A stretch of DNA of 64,000 bases, from IMG/VR virus record IMGVR_UViG_3300028534_000514, positions 1-64,000 of that record; one strand, given 5' to 3'. Shown here in pieces: positions 16,744 to 26,153 of this stretch. The DNA is from a virus (taxonomy: Duplodnaviria > Heunggongvirae > Uroviricota > Caudoviricetes). The translations under genes and the position numbers were made by a program. Numbering within the stretch: the stretch's first letter is position 1; the number at the start of each line of letters is the position of its first letter. The notes beneath the pieces are model-generated. The model saw only the letters and a list, made by a program, of their open reading frames with translations, ran no database searches and was not told where the DNA came from.

Positions 16744-19700
16744 TTATAGATCTGGATCTAATATAGCTCCCCTGAAAAAGGTTTCAACCAATTTCTTAGT
16801 TTTTCCCTCTGCCGAATCGACATGTAAATCAAATATTTTTGGCATTTTACCAGTTTTAAGAACTTCTTTTTGGAATTTTCTTTTTGCCTCTTTATTATCA
16901 GAATGTAGTCCGTGAACTTCTTTTATAAGTAGACCAGGTTCTTTATAAGACATTCCAAATAAATCATATAATCCTAGCTTAATTGCTCCGGCTCCTACTC
17001 TAGTTCCGGAGCGTCCTTGTCCTGTAGTAAACTGACTTTTGACAGATAACGACCCCCGCGCACCAGCCATTGCCTTAGGAAAATGTTCCAAATAATTTAC
17101 AGGCATTATTCCAACAGGAACCTCTTTCTCTGTAAGAATATCTTCCTCTGGTACATATACCTTTTCATTAAGCGGAATACCCAAAACATTAGCAGCTTTC
17201 TGTATATTTTCAATAGTTATTTTATTTTTATGCGGAGGTACTAATAAAGGAAATGCCGGTCTTGATAGAGGATCACTTCCTAAAATATATTTCTTAATTT
17301 CTTGTGAAGAGCGGCTATCAAAGAAACCCATTACTTCATTTATTAAGAATTTATCTTTTGATTCATCCATATGGGTAAATACTTCTAGGATAAGTTCTCT
17401 AGCTTTTGATATTTGATCAGCTTTCGCTAATTCTTGAAGCTTCTTATTTAAGAAGTAAATAACTTTTCCACTATACATTAATAGAAGAATACTTACGTTT
17501 TTTCTTGATACAATCGAAAGTGGAGTTGGTATAAATTCAATCTTCATATTGGTTTTTTCCGAAACGGGTTCTTTACCTTTTGGTATGATGTATTGAACTG
17601 TTCCTTTACCACCGGTTGCTGCTAACGTAAACTTAGATCCATTTGCTATTTTATTTGGTTTTTCTATATAAATTTCGACAACTGCTCCATCGAATTCTGA
17701 GCCATTTACCGAATGCCCTCCGATTTTTATAATCTCTGTATTTGGGATATCAGAAATACAATCAACGTATTCCTTATGATTATGTTTTAAAAGTTGACAT
17801 TCTTGTTGTCTAGCTTCAACATCCTTTGCCATTTTTTTCCACTCTTTAAAAACTGTACTATCAACATTTTTATTATTTATTTTAATAACAATATCCGTAA
17901 TTTTTCCTCCGGGAGAACGGTAGTTTGTCTGCTGGCCGCTAAATTCAACTCCGGTTAAAACATCGTCTGATGTTGACTCGTCATCCTCTTCCTCGACAAT
18001 AAATCTATCAAGATTATTGCTTCCGGAAAAAGAAATTAAAATATCACCAGGATCAGTCTCTTTGCCAGATAAAAGATTCCAATCAACTATTTTTGCATCA
18101 ACTGGTATAACAACTATAACTTTTTCAAGAATTTTTTGCTCGTATTTATCCTGAACGCTTTCAGTGACTACCCAACCATCTTCATAATTCATTCCTCTAT
18201 ACGACATTTCAGCAACTACCAGGTTTTTACCACTAGCCAATTTTCCAGTTTTTAGACTCGAAGTTGTTGCTAATAAATCACCTTCTTTTACTCTTTGTCC
18301 GTCTTTAGCAATTACGTGGTATTTCATTGGGATATAAATACCACGTTTAGTTCTAGCTCTGGTTGGTTTAATACTATACTTAGATTGGGTTCCATCTCTA
18401 TTCTTAATAATAATTGTTTCATCAGTTATACTTGAAATAATTCCATCTTTTTTAGCTTTAATAGCAAATCTATCAGAAACAAGATGAGGTATAATACTTT
18501 CAAAAGAGGTTTGAACAAGAGGTTCATCTGGATTATCTAATTGAACGAATTGTCCAAATTGTTGGTTACCCATAACCCTTCTGGTAGTATCATCATATTC
18601 GTAGAATGGTTGAAGTGATTCACTCGCGGATAATAAATCGAACGGGTTAATATCATCAGTAAATTCTCTCTGCATAATAGATCCAAATCGATCAGTAATG
18701 GTTGCTTTATTAGTTAGTGTTTGGGTACTACCAACATTTCCATACTCATTTGTAGATACTGGAGCGATTACACCATAATATGAAGGATTCAAATCCCTTT
18801 TCTTTAGGGTAACTTGATCGGCCTTCATATTATTAACACCTGTTTTTGTAATCTTAGAACTAAAGTTAATCTCTTCAAGTGGATTTGTAGTTTGAGTATA
18901 TTGTAACATACCGCTTGCTTGCAATCGCTTAACGATCGCCAATGGATCTAAAATAAGTTTAAGATCATAAGCGTTTCCGGACTGTTTAAGATTTCTAACT
19001 CTACCTAAAGCTTCTCCAAATACGTTATACGCACTATTAGAAATCGCCTCAGCCATACGAATACGTTGGGTATTCAAATCGTTAAAATCTTCTTCTTTAG
19101 CATTCATTAAATATTTTGGAATATATTTACCAAGAACATCCATCATATTCGATGGAATATTATACATTTTTAAAATTTTAGCTGTTGTTTGGTCAATAAA
19201 TTGCCTATTTAATGTCTCTAAATTTTTACCAAAGGATTCACCTTTCATTTTAAAAAAAGGATTCCATAAATCTTTAGAAGACAATTCTTTCTTTTCAACT
19301 GGAAAAATTAACTTCATACCATCGAGAAGTCCATTAATCATATATTCTTCGATAACGCTGGTTGCGAAAATAGAAAGATAATTATCTTTATCGTCTATTA
19401 ATTTAAGATGTAGGTGAGCCCCAGGAGCTTTTTTCTCTCCAAATTGATAACGAAATCCAAAAAATTTAAGAGTATCCATTAATCCAAGATTTGCTATAAA
19501 AAAATGAATAAGATTAATAGTTTTACCCTGTATCTTTAATCCAAATCGAGGTTTTGAACTCTTGGCCTTTAAATCTATTCTTTCGCCAAATACTTCTTTT
19601 GAAATATTTGTATATAAATTTATAAGAAATGAAACAATTTCTTCTTTTGGCCATTTTTTAAAGTCACCTTCTTCTGTATGAAAATGAATATCAGGATCAT

Positions 19701-19800
19701 CTGGTGTTATATAAGCATATTCGACAACCTTAGAACCATTTAATTTTTCATAAAAATATAGTTTATCTTTTTTTTCATTTTCAAAATTAATTCGATACAT
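16744..19800 (-). CDS. multisubunit RNA polymerase beta-subunit homologue, C-terminal part (Rif-region to C-terminus), highly diverged
   Basis: TTNPLEEINFSSKIT ~ QNNPLSEITHKRRIS. PSYYGVIAPVSTNEYGNVG ~ THYGRVCPIETPEGPNIGL. GKNLVVAEMSYRGMNYEDGWVVTES ~ [25 protein letters not shown]. 1018 aa. Own AACAAAGTAT promoter-like motif. Confidence 0.7.
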   Translation of the reverse strand: MYRINFENEKKDKLYFYEKLNGSKVVEYAYITPDDPDIHFHTEEGDFKKWPKEEIVSFLINLYTNISKEVFGERIDLKAKSSKPRFGLKIQGKTINLIHFFIANLGLMDTLKFFGFRYQFGEKKAPGAHLHLKLIDDKDNYLSIFATSVIEEYMINGLLDGMKLIFPVEKKELSSKDLWNPFFKMKGESFGKNLETLNRQFIDQTTAKILKMYNIPSNMMDVLGKYIPKYLMNAKEEDFNDLNTQRIRMAEAISNSAYNVFGEALGRVRNLKQSGNAYDLKLILDPLAIVKRLQASGMLQYTQTTNPLEEINFSSKITKTGVNNMKADQVTLKKRDLNPSYYGVIAPVSTNEYGNVGSTQTLTNKATITDRFGSIMQREFTDDINPFDLLSASESLQPFYEYDDTTRRVMGNQQFGQFVQLDNPDEPLVQTSFESIIPHLVSDRFAIKAKKDGIISSITDETIIIKNRDGTQSKYSIKPTRARTKRGIYIPMKYHVIAKDGQRVKEGDLLATTSSLKTGKLASGKNLVVAEMSYRGMNYEDGWVVTESVQDKYEQKILEKVIVVIPVDAKIVDWNLLSGKETDPGDILISFSGSNNLDRFIVEEEDDESTSDDVLTGVEFSGQQTNYRSPGGKITDIVIKINNKNVDSTVFKEWKKMAKDVEARQQECQLLKHNHKEYVDCISDIPNTEIIKIGGHSVNGSEFDGAVVEIYIEKPNKIANGSKFTLAATGGKGTVQYIIPKGKEPVSEKTNMKIEFIPTPLSIVSRKNVSILLLMYSGKVIYFLNKKLQELAKADQISKARELILEVFTHMDESKDKFLINEVMGFFDSRSSQEIKKYILGSDPLSRPAFPLLVPPHKNKITIENIQKAANVLGIPLNEKVYVPEEDILTEKEVPVGIMPVNYLEHFPKAMAGARGSLSVKSQFTTGQGRSGTRVGAGAIKLGLYDLFGMSYKEPGLLIKEVHGLHSDNKEAKRKFQKEVLKTGKMPKIFDLHVDSAEGKTKKLVETFFRGAILDPDL

Positions 19801-19825
19801 TATTATTCCTTTTAATATTAATAAT

Positions 19826-19837
19826 ACTTTGTTGAAT
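19826..19837 (-). promoter_or_regulatory. late-promoter-like motif TTCAACAAAGTA (minus strand) upstream of beta-C
   Basis: Same AACAAAG core as the other 10 copies, ~30 nt before the ATG. Confidence 0.45.
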
Positions 19838-19857
19838 GCTTAGATTTTGGGACAGGA

Positions 19858-19885
19858 AATCATAAGCCCGTAGGCTTATGATTTA
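19858..19885 (-). terminator. hairpin (aaatcataagcc-cgta-ggcttatgattt) followed by TTCCTGTCCC
   Basis: Perfect 12-bp stem. Follows the 92-aa gene. Part of the recurrent hairpin+TCCTGT architecture. Confidence 0.5.
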
Positions 19886-19963
19886 TTTTTTGGTTGCCCA
19901 ATCAGCGACGGCCTTCTGGATATCCATTTCCTTTTTACACTAAGGTATCTATTTTCATTTTAT

Positions 19964-20242
19964 TTAAAGAGTTTTCGCCGATTGTCTCATAACCTCAGCA
20001 TGATTTTTACCATAGAGTTTTTCACCCTCTTTTGCAAACTTTTTTATTTCATCCGGGGTCATTTTTTGCATCGATTTTAAATTTGCATAAATCCCAAGAC
20101 CACTACCAAGACCAAGACCAGTTCCCATGGTAGTGGCACCGAGAGCAGCCCCAACAGGACCTGCTGCTAGTCCGCCTCCAAGAGCCCCACCAAGAGCCCC
20201 GAAAGCACCAGCTTTTAAACCCTGTTTACCAGCAATTTTCAT
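19964..20242 (-). CDS. glycine-zipper small membrane protein (92 aa)
   Basis: GAFGALGGALGGGLAAGPVGAALGATTMGTGLGLGSGLG. An in-frame upstream 34-codon ORF is separated from it only by a TAG codon. Confidence 0.4.
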   Translation of the reverse strand: MKIAGKQGLKAGAFGALGGALGGGLAAGPVGAALGATTMGTGLGLGSGLGIYANLKSMQKMTPDEIKKFAKEGEKLYGKNHAEVMRQSAKTL

Positions 20243-20436
20243 CTTCCCAATTGTAGTTTGTAACTCAGCAATCTATTCTGGAGACATTCCTTGAAGCTGC
20301 AAAGCCATATTTCTATTACGCATATCATCCCAAGCTTCCTCAATTAATGAAGCAATTTTATTTTCAACAATATTCATCTATTTTTCCTTTTTTTTCATGG
20401 TATTTTTTTATCCTTATTTTGTTCAAAACTATCAAA

Positions 20437-21282
20437 TTATATTTTATTTAATTTAAGAATATCTTCTTTAAAGAATTCTGTCCGCCCACCTTTAGTTTCA
20501 GGCCAGCTTGGGTTCTCGCAACGTATATAATTAAAAGCTTCTAATATTTCTTGCTCTGCTAGATATGCATCCTGTCCATTTTCATAAGTTTGCTCAAACA
20601 GAGCAATTGCTCGTTTAGAGCAAAATTCCTTACCAAAACGTTCTTCTATACTATTGTTAGTAATACCTATTTTATATAGATCTTCTTGTGGATCCCAAAT
20701 ATAATATAAGATAGCAGGCTTATCTGGATTAAAGCCATTTTTAGAACATCTTGGGCAACCAGCACCCTTATAAAGATGATTCATCGCAAAAACCTCGAAA
20801 TTACCATGAATTTCACAATTTAATTTAATTTTATCAAAAATATTATTATAATTTATATCGCTATAATTATATTTATCTCCATGAATAGCTTTCGATTCTC
20901 TAATAAACTCATTTCTTCTTTTATTCAGATCGCATGATGGACACCCACTTCCTTTTAAATGTAAACGTGCAGTTGTTTTAAAAACTCCACATTCGCATAC
21001 AATACTAAGAGTTCTATTCCACAGGCGGTCATAACCAATTAAATCATAGTTATATTTATCTCCATGAATATCTTTAAATCTTATTATTAATTTATCTCGT
21101 TTTTCTTCTTTTTTACAATGTGGACATCCACTTCCTTTTAAATGATCAGAAGGAGTTTTTTTAAATATACCGTGCTTTTCACACTCTATATTTATAGGAG
21201 AATGAGCTCCGAAATATTCGCTATAACTATATTTATTATTATGAATTCCATTTGCTCGCTCCACAAAATCATTTAAAGTCAT
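20437..21282 (-). CDS. homing-endonuclease-like protein: three Zn-ribbon repeats + C-terminal T5orf172/GIY-YIG-like domain
   Basis: Three repeats of H(G/N)DKYNY...C..HG.F......HLKGSGCP.C. C-terminus ILYYIWDPQEDLYKIGITNNSIEERF. Start codon overlaps the beta-N stop (TAATG). Confidence 0.6.
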   Translation of the reverse strand: MTLNDFVERANGIHNNKYSYSEYFGAHSPINIECEKHGIFKKTPSDHLKGSGCPHCKKEEKRDKLIIRFKDIHGDKYNYDLIGYDRLWNRTLSIVCECGVFKTTARLHLKGSGCPSCDLNKRRNEFIRESKAIHGDKYNYSDINYNNIFDKIKLNCEIHGNFEVFAMNHLYKGAGCPRCSKNGFNPDKPAILYYIWDPQEDLYKIGITNNSIEERFGKEFCSKRAIALFEQTYENGQDAYLAEQEILEAFNYIRCENPSWPETKGGRTEFFKEDILKLNKI

Positions 21283-22931
21283 TATTTTATCTCAATATTA
21301 GTAAAAATATCTGAGTTTATAAATTCAGGAAGATTATATTTTTCTTTAATATTATTAATCTTTTCCTCGGATATTTTTTCTGGAGCCTTCTTAAGTTTTT
21401 TAGTTCGTTTAAGACTTTGCTCAAAATTATTAAGTAAATCTTTTACACCTTCATTTTCATTAAATACATGTGTTTTAAGTATTACAGCCGCTGTACCATA
21501 ATGGGTGTAAAGTCTAACTGTTTGTGGAGCAACCTTAATAACAGGTTTAGGAAAAAACTGATTAATCATGATCCAGTCGTTGCCACCAAGCTTAAGATAT
21601 TTACCCTTGGACGGGATGGGAACATGAAAAGAAACAGTATATGGTTTACTATGACCAAAATCTTTATGTTGCAATTTAATTTTATATGTTTTGTATCTGT
21701 CGCGATTAGTGTCCGTAATTTCAGTTCTAATATTTAATACTTTAATACCAACCTCTTTATCTGCCTCAATCGATTTAATTAAATCAAAGATAGCCTGATC
21801 AAGATTTTCCCCAAATTCGGTATCCTGTTTATTATAAGCATTAAACGTTTTAAACCCAATGATATTAAATGGATTATAAAATGTTTTTGTATTTTTTAAT
21901 ACTGTCGACTCATTTAATTCAATTGCACCATTATATTGTTTTTGTAGCTTCTCGAGTTCTTCAGATATTTCAGAAACTATTTTCACTTCTTTTGATTTTT
22001 TATCCGGCCCAGATTGGTCAGTTTTTTCATTAAATAAATTACTTAATTTCTCTTCAAAGGATTTGCCTTTTATATGCGGATTCCTAATAACTTCATTTTT
22101 AATAAGCTCTAACGGATTTTCTTCTATATTATCTGATTTTTTTGTGATCCCTGAGATATCGTTTACTGCAGATCTAAGCTGTTCTTTATGCAATTCATAT
22201 AGAGCTTTAACCGTGTTTTTTGTATCTTCAATCGCCTCTTCCGGGGTCTGCTCCTCTTCTATTTCTGAATTATGGACTTCCTTCATAAACCGTGTAAATA
22301 TACTCATATTTATTTTAAAGAAGGTTCCCTCTTTATCTTCATCTTTAATGGTTAGGGGCCAAAATCTTTTTGCACCGTATAAAGCAATTCCTTCTATACC
22401 ATTAATTCTTAATTTATTACCATTTAATCTAGAATAATAATGAATTGCCTCGGCCATTTCTGATTCGTCACCAATAGAAGAATCTATTACAAGATATGTA
22501 TCTTTTCCAGTAGCTTTACTATCCTCAGCAAATTTCTGAATGAGCTCAAAAAAAGCTTCCATTGTCATTTTTTTAGATCTACTTTTACTAAACGCCGTAA
22601 AATTCTCACTTAGAGGAGTTAAATCAATAACAGTTGATTTTGACTCGTTACTATTTTTCATAAAACGTCTCTGTATTCTTATCATCGGTATAGCTTTTTT
22701 AAAGCTTTTATAATAATTATTGGTATATATTTTATGAAACAGAAAGGTAAATGTCATTGGAATTATAACATAATCCCAATAATTTTTTTTGCGATATTTA
22801 TTAATAAAATTAATACCGGAATTCCCGAGCTCTGGGTAATATATTACATTAACCCCTTTATTTTCAGCATCTCTAAAAATAAGATTGGTAGTAACCACCC
22901 TATTTTTAAAAAAAGTTGTTATTTTTAACAT
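21282..22931 (-). CDS. multisubunit RNA polymerase beta-subunit homologue, N-terminal part
   Basis: PIPSKGKYLKLGGNDWIMINQFFPKPVIKV aligns with beta [24 protein letters not shown]. 549 aa. Lies directly upstream of the HEG and beta-C. Confidence 0.55.
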   Translation of the reverse strand: MLKITTFFKNRVVTTNLIFRDAENKGVNVIYYPELGNSGINFINKYRKKNYWDYVIIPMTFTFLFHKIYTNNYYKSFKKAIPMIRIQRRFMKNSNESKSTVIDLTPLSENFTAFSKSRSKKMTMEAFFELIQKFAEDSKATGKDTYLVIDSSIGDESEMAEAIHYYSRLNGNKLRINGIEGIALYGAKRFWPLTIKDEDKEGTFFKINMSIFTRFMKEVHNSEIEEEQTPEEAIEDTKNTVKALYELHKEQLRSAVNDISGITKKSDNIEENPLELIKNEVIRNPHIKGKSFEEKLSNLFNEKTDQSGPDKKSKEVKIVSEISEELEKLQKQYNGAIELNESTVLKNTKTFYNPFNIIGFKTFNAYNKQDTEFGENLDQAIFDLIKSIEADKEVGIKVLNIRTEITDTNRDRYKTYKIKLQHKDFGHSKPYTVSFHVPIPSKGKYLKLGGNDWIMINQFFPKPVIKVAPQTVRLYTHYGTAAVILKTHVFNENEGVKDLLNNFEQSLKRTKKLKKAPEKISEEKINNIKEKYNLPEFINSDIFTNIEIK

Positions 22932-22950
22932 TATTTTTTCCTTTAAACTT

Positions 22951-22988
22951 ATTGTTAATTGAGCCGTTGCTCAAAAGTAGCAATTGCT
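22951..22988. repeat. GAGCAATTGCTC palindromic element copy (reverse orientation), intergenic upstream of beta-N
   Basis: gagccgttgctcaaaagtagcaattgctctaaaataat. Confidence 0.7.
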
Positions 22989-23097
22989 CTAAAATAATCT
23001 ATATTATTTTTACAAAGATCAATTGCAGTTGATCTTTAGTTTTATACATTTTTTGAAGCCAAAGAAACTTCCCAAAATTCTCGTATTTACCTATGAA

Positions 23098-23847
23098 TTA
23101 ATTTAAGAAAAATATAAAATCATCTGGTGGTAGATTTTTCATAGATTCAATTGTATCTCGTCTTAATTGATTTCCTTCGTCTATCCAAGATCTACTTGCG
23201 ACTTGAACTTCTCCATAAGGACTTGAAAAATTTTCAAATTTAGAACGAATTCTACCAATATATATCATTATATCCGCCAGAGCTAAATCTCTTAAATATA
23301 CATATAAATCTGGATTTACCGTTGTTGGGTCAGGATGTATACACGCAACATCAACAATAAAATCTTGAGAAAATGTAATACTATCTGTTGTTCTGGTTAT
23401 TTCGATTTTGTCTGGGGCAAAAAATCTCCAAGTATGAGGAGCAACCGCTATATTCGACATATGTAAATAATTCATATTCATTAGCATTTCTGTAACATCC
23501 TGCATATTTGTACGCAAGGCTTGCGAATAAAACATATTTAAATCTTCAACTGAAGAGGTCGGGATTATGTTATTAATCTTCATTATTTGATAACAGAAAT
23601 TTTTAAATTGGTAAATATAGGTCGGATTTTCGGTTATACAATTTTCAGAGTATGTCATACGATAATATCTAATTAATGGGTTATATTTGCTAAAAAGAGG
23701 CAGCGTATGTTCTTTTATAATATCAGTCATTTCCTCATCAGTGAATTCGAAGGTATTAGTGCTCGCTCCTAAATTTAACTTAATGTAATCAATTAAGTTA
23801 GCAAAGTTTTGCCAACTACATGTTGATGTTCCACAGGTATCTGCCAT
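23098..23847 (-). CDS. hypothetical protein (249 aa)
   Basis: ORF track. Lies between the beta' and beta genes. No motif recognised. Could be an additional RNAP-associated subunit. Confidence 0.45.
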   Translation of the reverse strand: MADTCGTSTCSWQNFANLIDYIKLNLGASTNTFEFTDEEMTDIIKEHTLPLFSKYNPLIRYYRMTYSENCITENPTYIYQFKNFCYQIMKINNIIPTSSVEDLNMFYSQALRTNMQDVTEMLMNMNYLHMSNIAVAPHTWRFFAPDKIEITRTTDSITFSQDFIVDVACIHPDPTTVNPDLYVYLRDLALADIMIYIGRIRSKFENFSSPYGEVQVASRSWIDEGNQLRRDTIESMKNLPPDDFIFFLN

Positions 23848-23965
23848 AAAATATCCTTTTTATCTTTTTTATTTTTATATTACAATTTGTTGCTAGAGGC
23901 AATATGTTCAGGTATTCTTCAATTTTTTGGCACAGGAAAAAATTAGAGACTTCTGTCTCTAATTT

Positions 23966-24547
23966 TTATGGACGATAAAATACACCGATTGAAGAGCGAA
24001 CTGTCGTATCTTTTTTTCTTTCAATGGGTTTTACTGTTTTTTCTTTTCTTGGATGTACTGGAAGATCATCTTCTGGTAAAACAATTTCCATTGGTTTAGG
24101 ATTTCTTTTTGGTTTTTTATTTCCAACAGCAGAGGTATTATTTTTTTTGGCGACTGGTCTTACGCTCCTCTCGGCGTGCACGGATTCGTTCAACTCTTTT
24201 GTCTTCTCCTGTGCTGTTTCCTGATTTGTCTTTGGTGTCGACTGGTTCGGGCTTTCTTGCTCGGATTCTTCCAAATCTTTCTTTGGCTTCTCTGATTCTT
24301 TTTTGGAAGCCTTCTTTTTTTCTTGTTGCCCTGTTGGTTCCTGCAGATTTTCCTCGCATTTTTCTTCACCTTTTTCTTCTAGTATTTCAAGGGAGGAATC
24401 CTCCTCGATTCTTGACTCGACCTCTGTAACTTCGATTTCTTTAAGTTCATTTTCTTCGATATCAGGTATACCAATATCTGTTAGATCTTTTAATTCACTA
24501 TTTTCAATTTCGTTGTCTACAATTTCTTCTTTCTTTTTTCTTGCCAT
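23966..24547 (-). CDS. highly charged, low-complexity protein (193 aa)
   Basis: E/K-rich disordered sequence. Confidence 0.45.
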   Translation of the reverse strand: MARKKKEEIVDNEIENSELKDLTDIGIPDIEENELKEIEVTEVESRIEEDSSLEILEEKGEEKCEENLQEPTGQQEKKKASKKESEKPKKDLEESEQESPNQSTPKTNQETAQEKTKELNESVHAERSVRPVAKKNNTSAVGNKKPKRNPKPMEIVLPEDDLPVHPRKEKTVKPIERKKDTTVRSSIGVFYRP

Positions 24548-24578
24548 AGTATTCCTTTATTAATTTAATACCGATTTG

Positions 24579-24842
24579 TTAATCTAATTCTAGGGACATG
24601 ATCCCAACAGCATTTCTTCTAATATCTTTTATAATATGGTTTGTTTCTTTTAAAAAATTTCCATTTATATCATAATACATAACTTTTATTTTATAATTTT
24701 CAAAACCTTTTAATTTTTCAAAAAATTCTTCATTTGGATGTAGTTTTGAGTTAAAAGAATACTTATAAACCTTATCATCGATAATAAGTTCGATCGGTTT
24801 TTGAGTTCCATCCTGATGTTTTTCCATTTTTAAAATAATCAT
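24579..24842 (-). CDS. hypothetical protein (87 aa)
   Basis: ORF track. Confidence 0.4.
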   Translation of the reverse strand: MIILKMEKHQDGTQKPIELIIDDKVYKYSFNSKLHPNEEFFEKLKGFENYKIKVMYYDINGNFLKETNHIIKDIRRNAVGIMSLELD

Positions 24843-24870
24843 CTTATTTCCTTATCCATATGTTTAAATT

Positions 24871-26043
24871 CTATTCGCTAAATTCAAAAATATCTGTAGT
24901 TAAATCAACTTCTGTTTTATCGAGACTTAACCCAGTATGTGCCGCTTTAAGAGTCATCGCTGTCAACATATTTGCTTGGGCAGTACTCGACAAAAGACCA
25001 ATACCAGCATTTTCTGTAAGATTCATACGCTCTATAAAATCAGGGTTATAACAGGTATGACAAATACCATCTCTTGTTTTACAATATAAAGGACTTCTTA
25101 ATTTAATAGTTTTACCAATTAATTCTGTTCTATCCGGACCAATAATTCCTTGATCAGATACTTTTCCTTTCATCGAGACCAACATATCCTTGTTTAGAAT
25201 TTTTACGCCCAACCTGCCTGATGTTTTACAATCAATTGTTTTTGATAACTTAACTCCGGCCATAATTGTATTAAGCTGCCTAATCAAATATCCTGGAGCA
25301 GCTGTTTCTCTTGATTTTTTATATTGTGAGACAATAGCTTGGGAGGTATAATTAAAAAATTGAGTCGGTGTTAATCCTTCTGCTCCGGAGCGTGGAATAA
25401 CGTCATTAATTTCACCCTTTGCATTAATAGATAAACCAATCGCTACTAAAAGTTTACGTAGATCGTCTGGAGAACCTTTTGCACCGGAATCAAAGCTATC
25501 AATGATCGGATAATCATCCTTGTGTTCGCGAAAATACTCAAGAACCTCTTTCGTTAATTTTTTAAATTGATTATCAACCCATAAAATTGCTGCTTCTTTC
25601 TGATTCTCGGTATTGGCTTCATCTACTTTAGTCTGATATTCATCGATTATTTTTTGGCGCTTAATTCTGAATTCTTTCGGAAGAACTAATGATTCTGGAG
25701 TAAATGAACTAGCAGTATAAGTGCTAAGAAAAAATCCAACTTTATATACCAGCATGTATCTCCACTGAAATTCTTCGTCTGTAAATACATTATACATTTT
25801 ATCCAATAAAATACTTACATTTTTTTTATTTAATGGATAGGGAGGTGAAATTTTATTATCAAGAATAATTTCTTTAAAAAGTTTTCTAATAAGAGAGGTA
25901 TTGATATTTCCTGATGTATCATAATTTCTTTTTACTTCTTTTTGAAATTTGGCGAAAGTTTCTTCGACCCAATCCGGTTGTTTAAATGCTTCTGGGATAA
26001 TAACACCGGGTAGCGTTGTTGTATCAGCATTGGAATATGTCAT
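24871..26043 (-). CDS. multisubunit RNA polymerase beta'-subunit homologue, middle/C-terminal part (bridge helix through trigger loop)
   Basis: [20 protein letters not shown] ~ [29 protein letters not shown] ~ [32 protein letters not shown] ~ [42 protein letters not shown] ~ GEPGTQLTMRTFHIGG. C-terminus ...DIFEFSE ~ DLFEAR. Confidence 0.7.
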   Translation of the reverse strand: [390 protein letters not shown]

Positions 26044-26102
26044 AGGTTAATCCTTTTTTACTTTTTACTTTTTTATTTTTTAAAATCTGACTTACAGGAA
26101 AA

Positions 26103-26134
26103 TCCCGAGTAATAAATATTAACTTTCTACTCGG
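26103..26134 (-). terminator. hairpin between the beta'-N and beta'-middle genes, followed by TTTTCCTGTAAG
   Basis: cccgagta-(16 nt)-tactcggg inverted repeat in a 110-nt spacer. The next gene has its own SD aaaaggattaacctATG. Confidence 0.5.
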
Positions 26135-26153
26135 GATTTGAGAAGCAAAATTG

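Noticed and set aside
24024-24563. Several plus- and minus-strand ORFs inside the 23966-24547 acidic-protein gene
   Set aside because: Alternative frames of a low-complexity E/K-rich region. No independent support.
26044-26153. Possible intron or translational bypass between the two beta' fragments
   Set aside because: A 110-nt spacer is too short for a group I or II intron. The downstream fragment has its own SD and ATG. A gene-60-like hop cannot be excluded but has no positive evidence.
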